Shown piece by piece: positions 25,901-37,151 of a stretch of DNA of 64,000 nucleotides. The stretch is taken from NCBI GenBank assembly GCA_036172245.1, contig JAYWIR010000011.1:1612001-1676000 (forward strand). The letters run 5' to 3'. The number at the start of each line of letters is the position of its first letter. Position 1 is the first letter of the stretch. Position numbers and translations under genes: made by a program. Source of the stretch: Raillietiella orientalis (Eukaryota). The notes below the pieces were generated by a model, which was given only the letters and a program-made list of their open reading frames with translations, did no database searches and was not told the DNA's origin.

Positions 25901-28900
25901 GAGGAGACCACTCTATGAATCCAGGAAGGGCTCTGGAGGAAGGAGTCCGCTCCCCTGACGCTTGGGAGGGAACCCTTATTCTCCAGGGGGTGGGGTCACT
26001 CATTTTCTTCTCCGGAGGTAACCCGGAAGGGATCCGCTCCTCGTTTACTCTCCTGAAGGGCAATCCCCGAAGGGAGTAGAGCGCTTATCCTCTGGGGAGG
26101 CAATCCTCGAGGGGAGAGGGCGGCTCCATTTCCGCAACCGGAGGGGGAGGAAAGCTCTGAAGGGCTCCTCGATGTCTTGGAAGGACCCGGAGAGTCAACT
26201 TCCAATCCCAACCAGTCAACGGGGGCATCTGGTTTCCACCGGTGTCCACCCAAATATGCTAACCAGCTCCATCTTACGGGGGGGGAACTCGAAACTCCCG
26301 ACGCACTCCACCCTTCTCGGTGTACCGATCCTTCCCTGGGCGGTATTCGAACTCACATCGCCCTGTGCCACGCGGCTGCCACCGCGGGCTCGCATCTGCA
26401 TCTTTTTTCGGACGTCTCGTCGAGCGTCATTCGCATCCAGCCGGTGTTGCCTTCTCGCGTGTTGGTGTTCCGCCACCCCGGCTTTCGTTTTTCCCGATGC
26501 CACCGCCGTCACCACGATCCCTCGCGGGCATGAGGCTCCCCCGCGCATCCCCCGCGAGACGGGACTTTTTGGGGAAATTCGGAACCGGCAGGCGATGGCG
26601 AATGCGGTCGAGGACGCGCTGCTCGCGAAACGCAGGAAGCTGGATGAAGACCGAATCGGTTTCGCCAACCGAAGCAGAAAAAGCGGCTCTTGGCACCTGC
26701 AGCGGCGCCATCGCCTTCGCGGAACCGCACGCTTTGGGGGCTCTCAAGTGCCCTCCGCTGCGCGTTCAGCATCTTTAAAGATTCATCGTTACTGCAGCCG
26801 AAGGTGTGAAATGGCTCGTGAGAAGAAAAATTTCACGCATTATGAATTCTTCTCTCGAGCGTTCTTCGTGGGGCGGCGAACCCTCTTTCTGGATCGCGTG
26901 CGTTCACTTCCGTCTTCGCTGTTTCAATGCTGCTTGAAATGACTTCCGTCTTCCATCGACCCACCCATTCGTTCACCTGCGTTCAAATTTAATCGCGGTC
27001 AGCTCCCGTCGCGTGGGGACCTCGATGGAGTGGTCATTTCCAAGCTGGGAAGTGCGGAATGCCAGACAGAATCATTAGCTCCCCTCGACCCTCAAGAGAT
27101 GGCAGCAGCTCCCGTGTGCTTCGTGAAGAGACATTGTGGTTGTTTATTTGCGCACCTCTTGCCTCCCCATTTTGTGGTAACCTTGTGTTTGGGACGACGG
27201 CTCCCTGGCCCGCTTCCCTTCAGTCAGAGAATTGGACTGCTGGCGTCGGCTAACGGGGGTGCAAGGGTAGATGGATGGATCCTATACAGTCATTTGAATC
27301 CACCTCATTTCGATCTTCATCTCACGTGATGAATGAGTTTCCGGGCTTCTCATGATGAATGGTCTTCGGAATGCACTGCGAGAAAAAGAGGTTCGAGTCC
27401 TGGGGTTCCGTTCAGAACTTCCTCTTTGTTTCCGATTCGCGGGTTCGGTTCTATTAAGCGCGCATCAGCTGCCTCGAACGCTGACATCTGACGCTGAAGA
27501 AGTCAACTGCATCTGACACGATTGCACCGATCTTAGCAGACATCACCCCGACCCACACCCTTCGAAAAAGCATACATATTTATAGTGGTACCTCGGTACT
27601 CGACGGTGTCGGAACTCGTCAAACTCAGTAGTACTCGTCGCATTTTGACGAGCAAAAAAAAAAATGTTTCCACGCTCGGCGCATGCTCGGAACTCGACAC
27701 CCCACTCATGATGAAACAAGGGAACGCTTTTAGTCCCATGCGAGCTCGCGAACAGTGCCGAACACTCCCATAGAGTGCCTCCCGGATCGTTCCTTTCTGT
27801 TAGTGCTTTCTGGGCGTTTTAAGCTTGGCGTTTTAAGCTATGGGTCCTAAAATGGTTAGAAATGATACCACCAAGTCTAGAAAGGAACTCGTTCGGTACT
27901 CGTCGGTTTTCGCCACCCGTCGCGGGTTCCGGAACGAATTACCGACGAGTACCGAGGTACAACTGTATACGCAAATCTTGCTCCTTTAGCAATGAACAGA
28001 GAAGCGTTTCGTTCGCCTCTTTTTTCAGTTGGTTCGGTACTCGCTGGGTCTCTTCTTCGGGGGTCGAAACTGATGAAGCAGTGGCTTCATTGCCATGACA
28101 TCACCGTGGAGGAACATGCAACCCCTTTTCCTGTGCTTTCCCATCTTTTCCTTTCATCACTTTTCAGTACTGCTGCTTCTCGGCCTTTTCTTTCGACATC
28201 ATGACTTTTCATCAAAATTTTTGATTGTCCGAGGCACGATTCCGACGTCCCTCGATATGCGGAATCCTCCGATGGCGGTACTCGCGGTGGATCCGAGCAG
28301 TGTGCATCCAGAGAACCGCTTCCTCCGGCCCTCGACCGGAATTCCTCTATTCCTTCCTCTCGGAGAAAGAAAAGCACCGTCGTGTGAAGACGTTCCTTCG
28401 ACGCATTGCTCGTGAACGCTCCGCGAGTCTGTCCGCTGGCCGGTCCCGTCTGTCGACTCTCGTGAGCCTGGGAACACGCCGCGGTTGGTGTTCCTGGTAC
28501 ACCTGGACGACTCGAGTTTCCTCATAGAGGAACGGATCTCTGGAGACCCACGAGGGCGGTTCCTCTTACGCGCCCCCTCCTCCTTTTTCCAAAGAACGTG
28601 GAAGAAGTTGCCACGTTCTAATTCCAAAATCCCTGCACGGTTTTCGTAGGGATCTTTCCCGACTCATGAAGGAGGAGCAGCCGAGTCCATGCATGGAGAC
28701 GGGACATCGCTCCATGGCTAAACGAAGAGCGTGTTTGTTGCTTATCCACCTCTTGCTCCTAAGCACAGTACAGGTTGAGGATGCTCTCAGGGGGGTCGGT
28801 CTCGCGCTCTCACGGTGTGATTCTTTCCGCCTGAGGAGCCGAACTCGACCTCTGCGCATGTCTCGGATCGTCTCTGCCTGAAGACGAAAGTGTCTTCTGC

Positions 28901-29535
28901 GTCTGCCTCGATTTACCTAAACTTGGGATCAGGTTTTCGCGGTTCGGAAGGGTCACCGCGTTTGCGCTCCGCAGCTGGCGGTTTCCAACGTGCTCATCCT
29001 TGCCAACTAGCCGTCCTGTCCGCGAGGAAACTGCGGTCGAGCCTGCATCTTCGAGTGGGGGACGCTCAGTACGGACGGTGACCTGTCCAAGTCTCAGTCC
29101 GTCGGTTTCAGATTCTTCAAGGGTCCGGCAAAGCACCCTGTTCAACAATATGAACGAGTACAGGAAGAGGTACCTGGAAGAGAATTTAAGCAAGCTGGCT
29201 CACGACCTCAAGGACAAGTCGTTCCTCATTGTGTACGGAATGCCCGTGGATATCTCCAACCTCCAGCAGTCCGCCTCGTTCATCAAGGCGTTGATCAAGG
29301 CGAACACAATTTTCAGATTCCAGGTGGAGCGGAGAAATCCTGAGGGGAGCGGGAAGGGAAATCGAAATTCTCTCTTTCTCAGGCATATCCTTATGGGAGT
29401 CAGTACTTTACCGAGAGCAGCTGGCACATGTACCAGACGATGGAAGCGTTTCTGGACGAGTGCTTCCGAAACGCCCCGGTAGAGGACGACAGTGTCGACA
29501 TGGACGTGGCTTACAAGAGCAAGCACGACAAGTGA
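13688..29535 (+). CDS. Inactive dipeptidyl peptidase (DPP10/DPP6-like, S9B family), 14 coding exons, about 809 aa
   Basis: Exons 13688-13955, 14017-14111, 14167-14241, 14291-14343, 16413-16618, 16934-17100, 17148-17248, 18461-18590, 18630-18856, 21447-21857, 23232-23408, 23471-23625, 29112-29323 and 29383-29535 sum to 2430 nt with every splice phase compatible. The product has an NWKG+TM signal anchor, DPPIV_N propeller motifs (SPDK, NDIYY, DWL, YPK.G..NP) and C-terminal hydrolase motifs (YPLVL, WGTYL, WGRDFGA, CAIAVSPV, FLIVYG, QQSA, FLDECF). The start could lie in an upstream exon. Confidence 0.93.
14017..14111 (+). CDS. DPP10-like exon 2
   Basis: ttgcag|AT...GTG|gtaacg; DDLLVYRHENQEVVLVHPSTMREETLVASRVV. 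Confidence 0.85.
14167..14241 (+). CDS. DPP10-like exon 3
   Basis: tttcag|GAG...ATG|gtaagt; ESMNVSSHLISPDKNYVLLEFDVMM (SPD..YVLL motif). Confidence 0.9.
14291..14343 (+). CDS. DPP10-like exon 4
   Basis: taccag|ATC...AG|gtttgc; ISRDIRLASYAIFDLKT (ASY.I.D motif). Confidence 0.85.
16413..16618 (+). CDS. DPP10-like exon 5
   Basis: tttcag|G...CAAG|gtagt; includes AEWAPDSSILMTHENDIYYQPDPNSSVVVRITENGNVFSFSDGMLDWLDQ. Confidence 0.92.
16934..17100 (+). CDS. DPP10-like exon 6
   Basis: ttgcag|AG...AAG|gtc; ETSASFSKSFWPSLDSRWLLYAAFSDSHILRVHMPIYVETGPNETSLPLRNVSYPK. Confidence 0.9.
17148..17248 (+). CDS. DPP10-like exon 7
   Basis: tttcag|ATG...AG|gtaaat; MGSSNPFVSLHLTDLTAHRNKEVPKTIQLEMKY, which completes YPK.G..NP.V.L. 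Confidence 0.88.
18461..18590 (+). CDS. DPP10-like exon 8
   Basis: ttttcag|C...AAT|gtgag; NIRLSSVQWTNNLTVAVCWSTQDGDSLFLSVCESPAWTCDHRN. Confidence 0.88.
18630..18856 (+). CDS. DPP10-like exon 9
   Basis: ttatag|ATC...GC|gtaagt; IYNNEDDEYKRFRFQPVIFTENPSFYLLLIP...LLTDSTFDVTSFLGYDGSNHS. Confidence 0.88.
21447..21857 (+). CDS. DPP10-like exon 10
   Basis: ttccag|A; YFLARPSSKSDQRLLYKI...TCVSC...CTFVNSVISPNFKYVVLECLGPDIP...RLLLPPTFEEDEKMQYPLVLE. The 3' boundary is inferred at AG|gcaag (GC donor). Confidence 0.88.
23232..23408 (+). CDS. DPP10-like exon 11
   Basis: ttccag|T...AA|gtgac; VATSFKLEEAWKFHWGTYLVSQKEYIYATLEQGDAGG...DRLILLT. Confidence 0.87.
23471..23625 (+). CDS. DPP10-like exon 12 (degenerate nucleophile elbow)
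   Basis: ttgcag|G...T|gtgagt; TLISNFTYIDEYKTALWGRDFGAQLALLSLAKEAFFECAIAVSPVDEWDRF. Confidence 0.93.
26100..26360 (-). mobile_element. LINE ORF2 internal fragment (same module as 30.3, 42.7 and 48.0 kb)
   Basis: Shared block tggaaggacccggagagtcaacttccaatccc...gtcaacgggggcatc; minus strand reads KPDAPVDWLGLEVD.PGPS. Confidence 0.6.
27583..27965 (+). mobile_element. Tigger/pogo-like non-autonomous element (MITE), 383 bp, in intron 12 of the DPP10-like gene
   Basis: Terminal inverted repeats tagtggtacctcggtactcg and cgagtaccgaggtacaactg, a TA dinucleotide on both sides (27581-82, 27966-67), and a residual ATGGGTCCTAAA (MGPK) start inside. Confidence 0.85.
29112..29323 (+). CDS. DPP10-like exon 13
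   Basis: tttcag|AT...CAG|gtgg; includes YLEENLSKLAHDLKDKSFLIVYGMPVDISNLQQSASFIKALIKANTIFRFQ. Confidence 0.92.
29383..29535 (+). CDS. DPP10-like exon 14 (terminal coding exon)
   Basis: ttctcag|GCA; AYPYGSQYFTESSWHMYQTMEAFLDECFRNAPVEDDSVDMDVAYKSKHDK*, TGA at 29533-29535. Confidence 0.92.
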   Translation, partial: AYPYGSQYFTESSWHMYQTMEAFLDECFRNAPVEDDSVDMDVAYKSKHDK

Positions 29536-29596
29536 GAGAGGTGCCGTGGCTCCTCACCCTTGCAGATACCCCGAGTCCTACATTCATACAGTGAAA

Positions 29597-29602
29597 AATA
29601 AA
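29597..29602 (+). promoter_or_regulatory. Candidate polyadenylation signal of the DPP10-like gene
   Basis: AATAAA about 60 nt after the stop codon, followed by a T-rich stretch. Confidence 0.5.
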
Positions 29603-30229
29603 TAATTTTTCTGTAAGATCAGTTCGGGGAGGGAGAGGAGGAAGGGGGCGGGAACAAATTCCCGCCGCAAAGAAAGGTGGAGTTCGACTCCGACCTCGCC
29701 CCAAGCCGAGATCGGAGTCATCTGCTGATTTTGCTCCGTTCGAGAAAACGAATCGCGCGCAGCCTGCATCAAATACCACATTTTCTCCTTCTCGCGTGTT
29801 TCCCAGCGACCGTGGGTCACGACTACCTCGCTTTCACGCTTTCAGCTACCCCTCATTTTCCCTGGTGTCAGTGCGTCCCGCGTCAGCACCTCCTTCGTTC
29901 CACCTCACTCTGGTCCTCCCCCTCCCTACAAACAAGGGCGCGGACGCCATGTGTGTTTCCTGCTGCCCCCTTAAGGAAAGGGTGTGGTCGGCGCCGGCAA
30001 AGTGAGCTCCGGAGAGGAGTTGCAGCAACTGGGACCGAGGCTGACGCGCATATTCCAAGGCTTGCTCCATCTGCCTGGAAGCCTCGACGAGAAAAGCAGC
30101 TCTGACGTTGCCATGCCTACGTGGCTTCTTCCCTACGATGCCGCCGCCTGACGAAGTGAGATTTTCAAAGACTGTGGCCGCGATGGCTGTGGACTCCGGA
30201 GAGGCAACAGTGCCCCACCCGAGGAAGGG

Positions 30230-30430
30230 GGCATCAACCAGCTCCATAGTAAGCGATGGAAGTTCCCTCCTTCTCCCGGAGGGGGAGGGACGGCTCCACG
30301 TGCACAACTGGAGGGGAACCTCAAGGGACTCCTTGATTCCTGGAAGGACCCAGGAGGGCCAACTTCCAATCCCGGGCAGTCAACGGGGGCATCCGGGGGT
30401 TTCCGGCTTCCACCAGCACCGACAGAAAAT
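30230..30430 (-). mobile_element. LINE ORF2 internal fragment
   Basis: Homologous to 26.1-26.3, 42.6-42.8 and 47.95-48.1 kb (ttgattcctggaaggaccc..gagggccaacttccaatccc). Confidence 0.6.
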
Positions 30431-31589
30431 CAGAGAATTTGATGGAGACTATCGACACGCCCCACGCACATCCAATGATGCCCCCCCCCGGCCTTCCGCT
30501 TTCCACCTTCCAGCTCGCGGCCTCTTCGGATTCATCGTCATGACCCGGCCGTCGCTCCGGTGCATCGACATCGCTCTCATGCCGGCGTCCCCGAGAAGGA
30601 AGGACTCGAGGGTGCTTAAGCGCGAGCGTCCGTCCATCTTCAACGTGCCGAGATCTCGCTCTCGTGGTTTCTCCTCCCTGCTCCCCGGGCAGCAGACCAG
30701 ATGCGCCGTTCCCACAAGCTCGATTCCAGGACGATCGGGATGAGCGTTTTCGGCGCGCGATTCGGAATAGGCGGCGGCGACGCTGCTCCTCTGCCGCCGA
30801 GTTCGAACGTTCCGGGAGAGCTCTGGAAACCCTTGCGGAAGCGTCCGTCGCCTCGCCGGCTCCACCGTCAGGGTTTTCCTTCCTTCACCCCGTCAAGTGG
30901 CGCCAGCCGCCGCAGCGGCGAGGATTGTCACCTACCGCGTCGGCTCGCCCGTGGATTGGATGGCGTCGATCGAGTTTCCCAGAGGAACACTCTACGAAAC
31001 TGGTCCAGCAAAGATTGAGGAGGAAAGTGGAAGCGTATCGGATAGGAGGTAGAGGAAGCGTTCAACCCTCCCCGACTGGTCACCTTGCAGCGCCGTGGGC
31101 GAAGCCAACGCGAACCCTTCGCTCCTCTCAAAGCCGCGAAGAACGTGGAAGGAGGATCAGATTGGCACACGGGCTGGTCCGAATGATCTGCCTCCGAAGC
31201 GCCCAGACCCTTCTTCATGGATCCATTCGAACCCGGAGCGAGGACGTCCCAGTCGCTTAGATGACGTCACCTCCCTGCTGTGTCTCCCTCGAACGCGGTC
31301 TTCCTCCTTGCAGGGAGGCAGCTCTTCGGAGGCAGTCTGGTTCCCGCAGACTGTCCGGCTTGGCCGTATTCCCGGTGGTGTCCCCATCTCATTCCTAGCG
31401 GGACACATCGGTCCATTTGGGAGTCGCAGTGGGTACAGAGCGACCCCTGTGGTTTTCCTCATGTTCGCCAGGGAGAATTCCTACCCGGAAGCTGAAGGTG
31501 CTGCAGAAGGTGCTCCTTCCTTGCTCCCTCCATCAGAACAAGAGCCTCTCATCCGTTAGGCCCGAAACTTCGTGAGCGGCTCTGGGGGG

Positions 31590-32450
31590 GCTGCGAGGCA
31601 GCGGTCTCCGCGCACGGCACTGGGCGTCGCGGATTCCAATCCCAACGGGGGAAGGATCGGCGCCCAGAATTGGGAGGAGCCGTCCCCGCTTCCGGGTGGG
31701 ATACCGTTGCCTCTCCAGAGCGTCAAGAAGCGCACCGTTCCCTTCGGGGAGCGCCCTTCCGATGAAGGAACGAGGAGCGGTTCCATTGCGGGTTCCTTCG
31801 GGGAAGAAATAAAGGAGCGGCCTCCTCTGGGGGATCTCTCCGGAGAGAACACACAAGAGTTTCCTTTCGATGTTCCCTTCGTAGACTACCAGCGCAAGGG
31901 GCGGCACCCTTTGCTCTCTGAGAGCTGGGGAGGACGAGACCGGACTGGGAAGACCAGGTGCGGGACGGAACGGAAATTCCTCCCTCACCTACTTGTGGAC
32001 TGTCATGTTCTCCAGCCCCTGTGGAAACGTTTCGGAACGACTCCTTGGATCCCGGCTGGCACCCCCAGGGGACGTTTCACGGCCCCTCTTTGTGCGCGAC
32101 CCCAGCAGCTCCTTGTTGCATCCGCAGGATTATGGCTGCCTGGAGCGAAGCCGACGGAGGAAGGAACGAGAGGGACGTCGTCCAGTTCGCTTTCTGCAGC
32201 GTCCAGATGACCCCACCTGGGACCTATTCGGACGGACCTAGCCGGCATCCTGGGGAGGATGCAGAGGACTCCCTTTGATGAACCCTCCCAAATACTTTTA
32301 TTTATTTTTCATTTTATTTTCCTTTTTGTTTCCCCCTCCCCTCCTCTGCCGAGGTGATCCCCGCCTGTCTGCGTACCGCGACCCGATAGGTCCGCACACA
32401 AACGGAGTGTGGTCGGATCACGCGTCCTTCCACAATTTGCGAGTTTCTTT
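31590..32450 (+). mobile_element. L1/Tx1-like LINE 3' fragment (subfamily B)
   Basis: RCGTERKFLPHLLVDCHVLQPLWKRF is a zinc-knuckle remnant typical of non-LTR ORF2 C-termini; the 3' UTR is homologous to 39350-39490. Confidence 0.7.
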
Positions 32451-33235
32451 TCAATCTTCAGAGAGCGCGGGCGTAGGTGTGTGGGGGGGAAGAGGGGAAA
32501 TCGGAGGCAACCATGGCGCGGGTTCCCTCCATAGAGTGAGAGGAATGGGATTCCCTCCTTCCTCCGGAGCCCCTCCTGAATTCATAGGGCGGCCCCCTAC
32601 GGAGTTACCTCCTATAACCTGAAGAGTTGACACGCACGTTCGGGTGGCACGGAAGGTGTCAGAGAGCTTCGTGAGCCCTCCCTAAGGAGGCGAACGGTTC
32701 TTCAGCACTCCTTGAGAACCAAAGAAAAGAAAATTCGAAAAGAACAAAAACGAAGTCGATGGGGGTGTGAGGGGGGGGGGGGGGGGGAAGGGAAGACGGA
32801 AGGAAAGCAACGAAAGCATAAGACCTGCGCAGTCGACTCTTGAGAAACCTCTGGTGGATTCGACCTGTGTTTGCAGGTCTCTGGCTGCTTAAAAATCTCC
32901 GTCGGATGTCACGGGGCGGAGTTACCTGCCAGTTGGCTCAGCTGTCCGTCGGAACTGGGGATGGGGCGATTTGGAGGCACGCGGCGGGGGTCATCAAGCA
33001 TTGCCCTTTAGATGGCAGGGGGAATTCTACGTCCGCGGTCCGGTGCTGGCCGCAGTGGACAAGCTCCTCCTCACAGTGGGTCTTCTTCTGCAAGGGGTCC
33101 TCGCGCGCTTACATCGATCTTGCGAGCGGTGGCGGAGTCAGAGACTTCTCGGAGCTCATCTCCTTGGAAACGGAGAGATGGACCTCCTCCCTGTCGGAGT
33201 ACGCGCACTTCCTGGCTTCCCCCGACCTCGCGCGG
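31681..33235 (+). repeat. Left arm of a near-identical inverted duplication
   Basis: Reverse complement of 45817-47950 except for the insert at 46050-46614 plus its TSD. Several ORF pairs are identical (32275/47009, 31958/47353, 31993/47390). Confidence 0.97.
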
Positions 33236-34725
33236 GTGCTTCCTTGGCGCTCAGACAGAGCCAGGCGTCATCACTCCCCTGTGCAGAAGGCAGCAGCAGG
33301 AGCACCAGGATACCCAGGAAGAGGGGGGAAGGGAATCACGAGAAATACGTGACAAGTGACGCTCCGCAGCCCGCGCGATGTGCGCGTGTCCAGCACGTAT
33401 CGCCGTACAGGTCATCGGTCAGGTGAAGCGGTGAGATGGAATCCCTCAAGATCAGCGATCGGACAGGTGCCTCGGCAAGAAGCCCCCTCAGTGTTCGGGA
33501 GGACATTTGGTACCGCGCTCCAGAGGCGCATGCGCTCGGAGCGGGCCACAGTTTTTGTAGCTGCTCCGCCTGCCCGGAAGTGGCACTGCCGATGGCACGG
33601 ATGGACGGCGAAAACGGCGGGAGAGCGACGCTGGCGCAGGGTGGAGCCGTGCAGAACGAGCAGGGCACGTCGGCTCACCTGCCTGCTTGTTCGTCGCCCA
33701 AGGAGCCTCGAGCGAGCGTTGCCCCGCGGCGTTTCGCGGTCGACCGCTTGCGCTTGCCTCCAGCGGGCGCGCGCACCCAACCTCCCGAAGAGCGCTCTCC
33801 GTTCCGCACTCTCTGCCGAGCACGCGAGCCCTTCCCGGCGGTAGCTTCCGCCAAGGGACCTGGGTGGGCATCCTGCTGCCCGCGTCGAGCCTCGAGGCAG
33901 GGGCGTGTCCGCCTTGTTGTTCCGAGAGGTCGCCTCCACCTCGGTTCGCCTTCTGGGGATCAGGAGGAGGAGGGGACTGTTAGGCAGAGTTTCTCTAGCC
34001 GCGGGACGGAAACCGCTCCTGCTGATGCCGGAATTCCATCTGCCTTTATGGAGACGCGGCCGCACCATCCCTCGCTTAAAGGGATCCTCTCTGTCTGTTT
34101 CGGATCGCTCCCTTCTTCCCCTGCAGGGGGGCCCCCATGAGCCGTTGCCAACAGAGTTTCCGCTGCTTCATGACCGGCCCTGCCGTCAGCGCTTCCCTTT
34201 CTTGAGGATGGCCTCGAGAAGAGCTCTTGGACCCTTCATCCCTGAGAAAGTCTGCCGCCTTCTCTGGAGAAGAAAAAGGCAGCCAGATAGGGACTACTCC
34301 CCTTTTCTTGCTCTTCGAAGATGGCCGCACCACCTAGAGCTACTTCCATTCGCGGAGTAAATTCTCGGGGGCATCCGGTACGGATGTGACCCTCCGCCTT
34401 TCGGAAGTCCTTGGGCAGAGGGAGGCGAAGGTTAAAAGCCAAGTGTGTGACCTCAGCCAAAAACGAAGGTTCGCTAGTTTATTAGAGGGGTGGTCGCTCT
34501 CCACTTCGGCTTTACAGTCATTTGCTCCGGCGAAGAGCAAAGGGCACTTCCAGTTGCTCCCAGCTCTTTCTCGTCTTCCATGGAAGAGCGAGGCGGAGCG
34601 GCTGTTCTTGTGGTTTCCATTGTATCCACTGAGTTCATCTTTAAGGCAAACCTCTGCCCACCTACAGAACCTTCTCGTCCACAGTTTCCCTTGCTGTGTC
34701 CATGTCCTCCTTCTGCCCCTTTCAA

Positions 34726-34899
34726 TTCTTCTTGTACTCCTTGCTCCTCCTCTTGGGAACCCTTCCCTTCCCACTTCTCCTCCTCCTCCCACTTCTTCTT
34801 CCCTTCCTTCTCTTCCCATTCTCCTCCTTCTCCCTTCTACTCCTCTCCCTCTCCTCTTCCCTTCCTCTTCCCTCCTTCTTTCTCTCCTCCCCCTTTCTT
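34726..34899. repeat. Polypyrimidine (C/T) low-complexity tract
   Basis: About 170 nt that is almost exclusively C and T on the + strand. Confidence 0.9.
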
Positions 34900-36599
34900 A
34901 GTGTGAAACTTAAAGAGACTTTCCAGCGTTTTCGGTTCAGAAGGGAAAGAAGCGGAGAGGGAGAGGACGAACTGAGGTCCTCGGAGCGGATGCTCAACGG
35001 ACATAGTGGAGGGACGATCCCGAGGGATTGCCACCCCCAGGCAACTCCTGCCCTTCCAGATGCCGGAGGGGATCACCGGAGAAACTCCCAGGTGCGCCTC
35101 TCGGGCAAATAAACTCCCTCCATTAGCCCTCGGATGCGAGCGCGGCGAGCACCCGTGGCAACCGTCGTCGCGGTGCTCCCTAGGAACGTAGGTTTGGTTA
35201 GCCGAGTTCTCTTTTAGCACCCGCGCCTCTGGTAGCCGAGTGGTGATGCCACGTCGCCCTTGAGACCTTCGCTTGGCAGCCGTGTGTCTCGCCGATGCGG
35301 GGGCTCAGACCGAATTCGGACCTGTTTCCTAGGTTACCGCGTGATGACGCCTGAAGTACTCTGGCTCAGCCGAGGAAGGGAAAGCGAGGATGTGGACGAG
35401 GAGCTTCTTCCTCAGGGAGTGGAAGAAGGAAGCGACGACCTTCGGCCCAACTGAATCTTTACTCCGCAGCTGGGTCAACAGAAGCCACTGCGGGCTTGAT
35501 CCTCACTTGAGTCGAAGATCCCCTTCGGCGATGACTGGGCGAGGGACGAGCGCTGCACAACTCGATTTGCTACCAAACGGGTCTCCCGGGGTGACCTCTC
35601 CAGCACTCGGCAGGTTTCCGGACCCGTTCGAAGCTTGGCAGTCCCTGGAGCTGCTGACCTCTCTTTGTTTTGCCATCTTTCCATTTTTCTTCCGTCCTCC
35701 TCTCCCGCTGTCCCAACACATGCAACAAGGGTGGCTGAAAATATCCCAGGCGCGCAGATGGTGACCTCGAGGTCGCGTGTACGTGGAGGGTGTTCCCGCC
35801 GCCGCGAGGCAGCGAAGTTGAGATGGCAGAGGGACAGCGCGACGTGACGTCACGAAAGTTCTTGGTCCTCGGCTGGAAGGCGGAACTCAGTTCTTCAGAC
35901 GGCTCATCCCAAGAGGTTCCATGCCGCCACCATTTGCGCCGATCTCTTCACGAAAGGGAAAAACTGTTTCTCTTGGCATCTCGACGTTGGTCAGCGATTC
36001 CTCCTCCCTTGGCCATTTATGCTCTAGACACCATCCCATGAAACACTCGACTGCCTCCCAGTGTTAAGACTCTTTCCCCAGGCTAGGGGAAAGACTGGTT
36101 TGGGGCCCGCGGTGTCTGTCGAGTGTCTTCCGATGAGCAATAAAAATCGCAATTACAACAACCATGAGGGAAATACTTCTCTCATCATCCGTTGGTGCTT
36201 TGTTCTCTTGCTGGACCACCCGCAAACCCTCCTAGTCCCAGATAACCGTCTCGTCTTTCGCCGAAGCACTGTCTGCCCTCAGGACAAGCAGTGACAGCAT
36301 CCGAACGTCAGGGTGGGAGTGCTCCTGCAGCACTGCAGGAGTGAAGAAACTCCTGGATGGCTGGAAGACGTGAGCATCGGTGAACGCCGCCGCTTCTCAT
36401 TTCCGAGCGAAGGAGCTTTTTCAGGGGAGCGGCCTGCCCGGCGTGGGTCTTCCTGAAGAACTCGCGGTGCCTTCCCTTCCCTGCGTGAGGACACCTCTGT
36501 GTTCCCTCCGCGGTGGAAACCACAGGATGCTCTGCTGTTTCTGCTCTGGGGGATTTCGGTGCAATCAGCGCGGACACCTGGTTTCCGGGGCAGTTGCCT

Positions 36600-37151
36600 C
36601 CACGAACCGTTCAAGGGGCAGGGCGATGGGATCGTTCCCGCACCGTTCCCACTGGACCGTGGTGCCCTCGCGGACATCTGGCGGAAGCTCGCTTCCGAGC
36701 TCCGCCAATTGGACAACGCCGCTCCGGGCTTGCTGCGGCGTTTCTTCACGCAAAACAGGCTCACATCAGGCACCGTGATCGCGACGAGATGCTGCATCCG
36801 CTCCATGGTAGCAGTTCGCCCCACAATGGCGTCTCGTTCTCAGCAAAGGGAACCACCCGAATGGCAGCTGCCTTAATGAGGATAGCTACGAGATGGCCTC
36901 GCCTGCCAGAAGAAGAAGTCGCTTGGGAGATTGCCAGCATTCGGCCCCAGCTGTGAGAAGAAAGGGGTGACTTATCCCAAAGATCCTTGTCCCTATCCTC
37001 TCATCATTTTTTATTGTATTTGTTGTCCCCTCCCTCCCGCTTCCGACGATCTTAGAAGCCGGCTTGCGAGCTGGTGTTCATCCCTAGTGAACTTTTTTTT
37101 TTCACTTGTAATTCATTTATTTTTAAATAAAAGTCCCGGCATGCCCGGGTG
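36600..37151 (+). mobile_element. L1/Tx1-like LINE 3' fragment (subfamily A) with intact 3' end
   Basis: GALADIWRKL...RRFFTQNRLTSGTVIATRCCIRSM and AAALMRIATRWPRLPEE...EIASI; the 3' UTR ends AATAAA-agt-cccgg-catgc-ccggg-tg. Confidence 0.75.

Noticed and set aside
27385..27405. B-box-like GGTTCGAGTCC (a similar one lies near 53230) as a tRNA or SINE
   Set aside because: No A-box at proper spacing and no cloverleaf could be built
28060..28100. CTGATGA next to GAAA as a hammerhead ribozyme core
   Set aside because: The order and spacing are wrong and there are no flanking helices
28880..28931. An additional DPP exon in intron 12
   Set aside because: Exons 12 and 13 already join in phase and give a family-typical length, and this peptide has no DPP similarity
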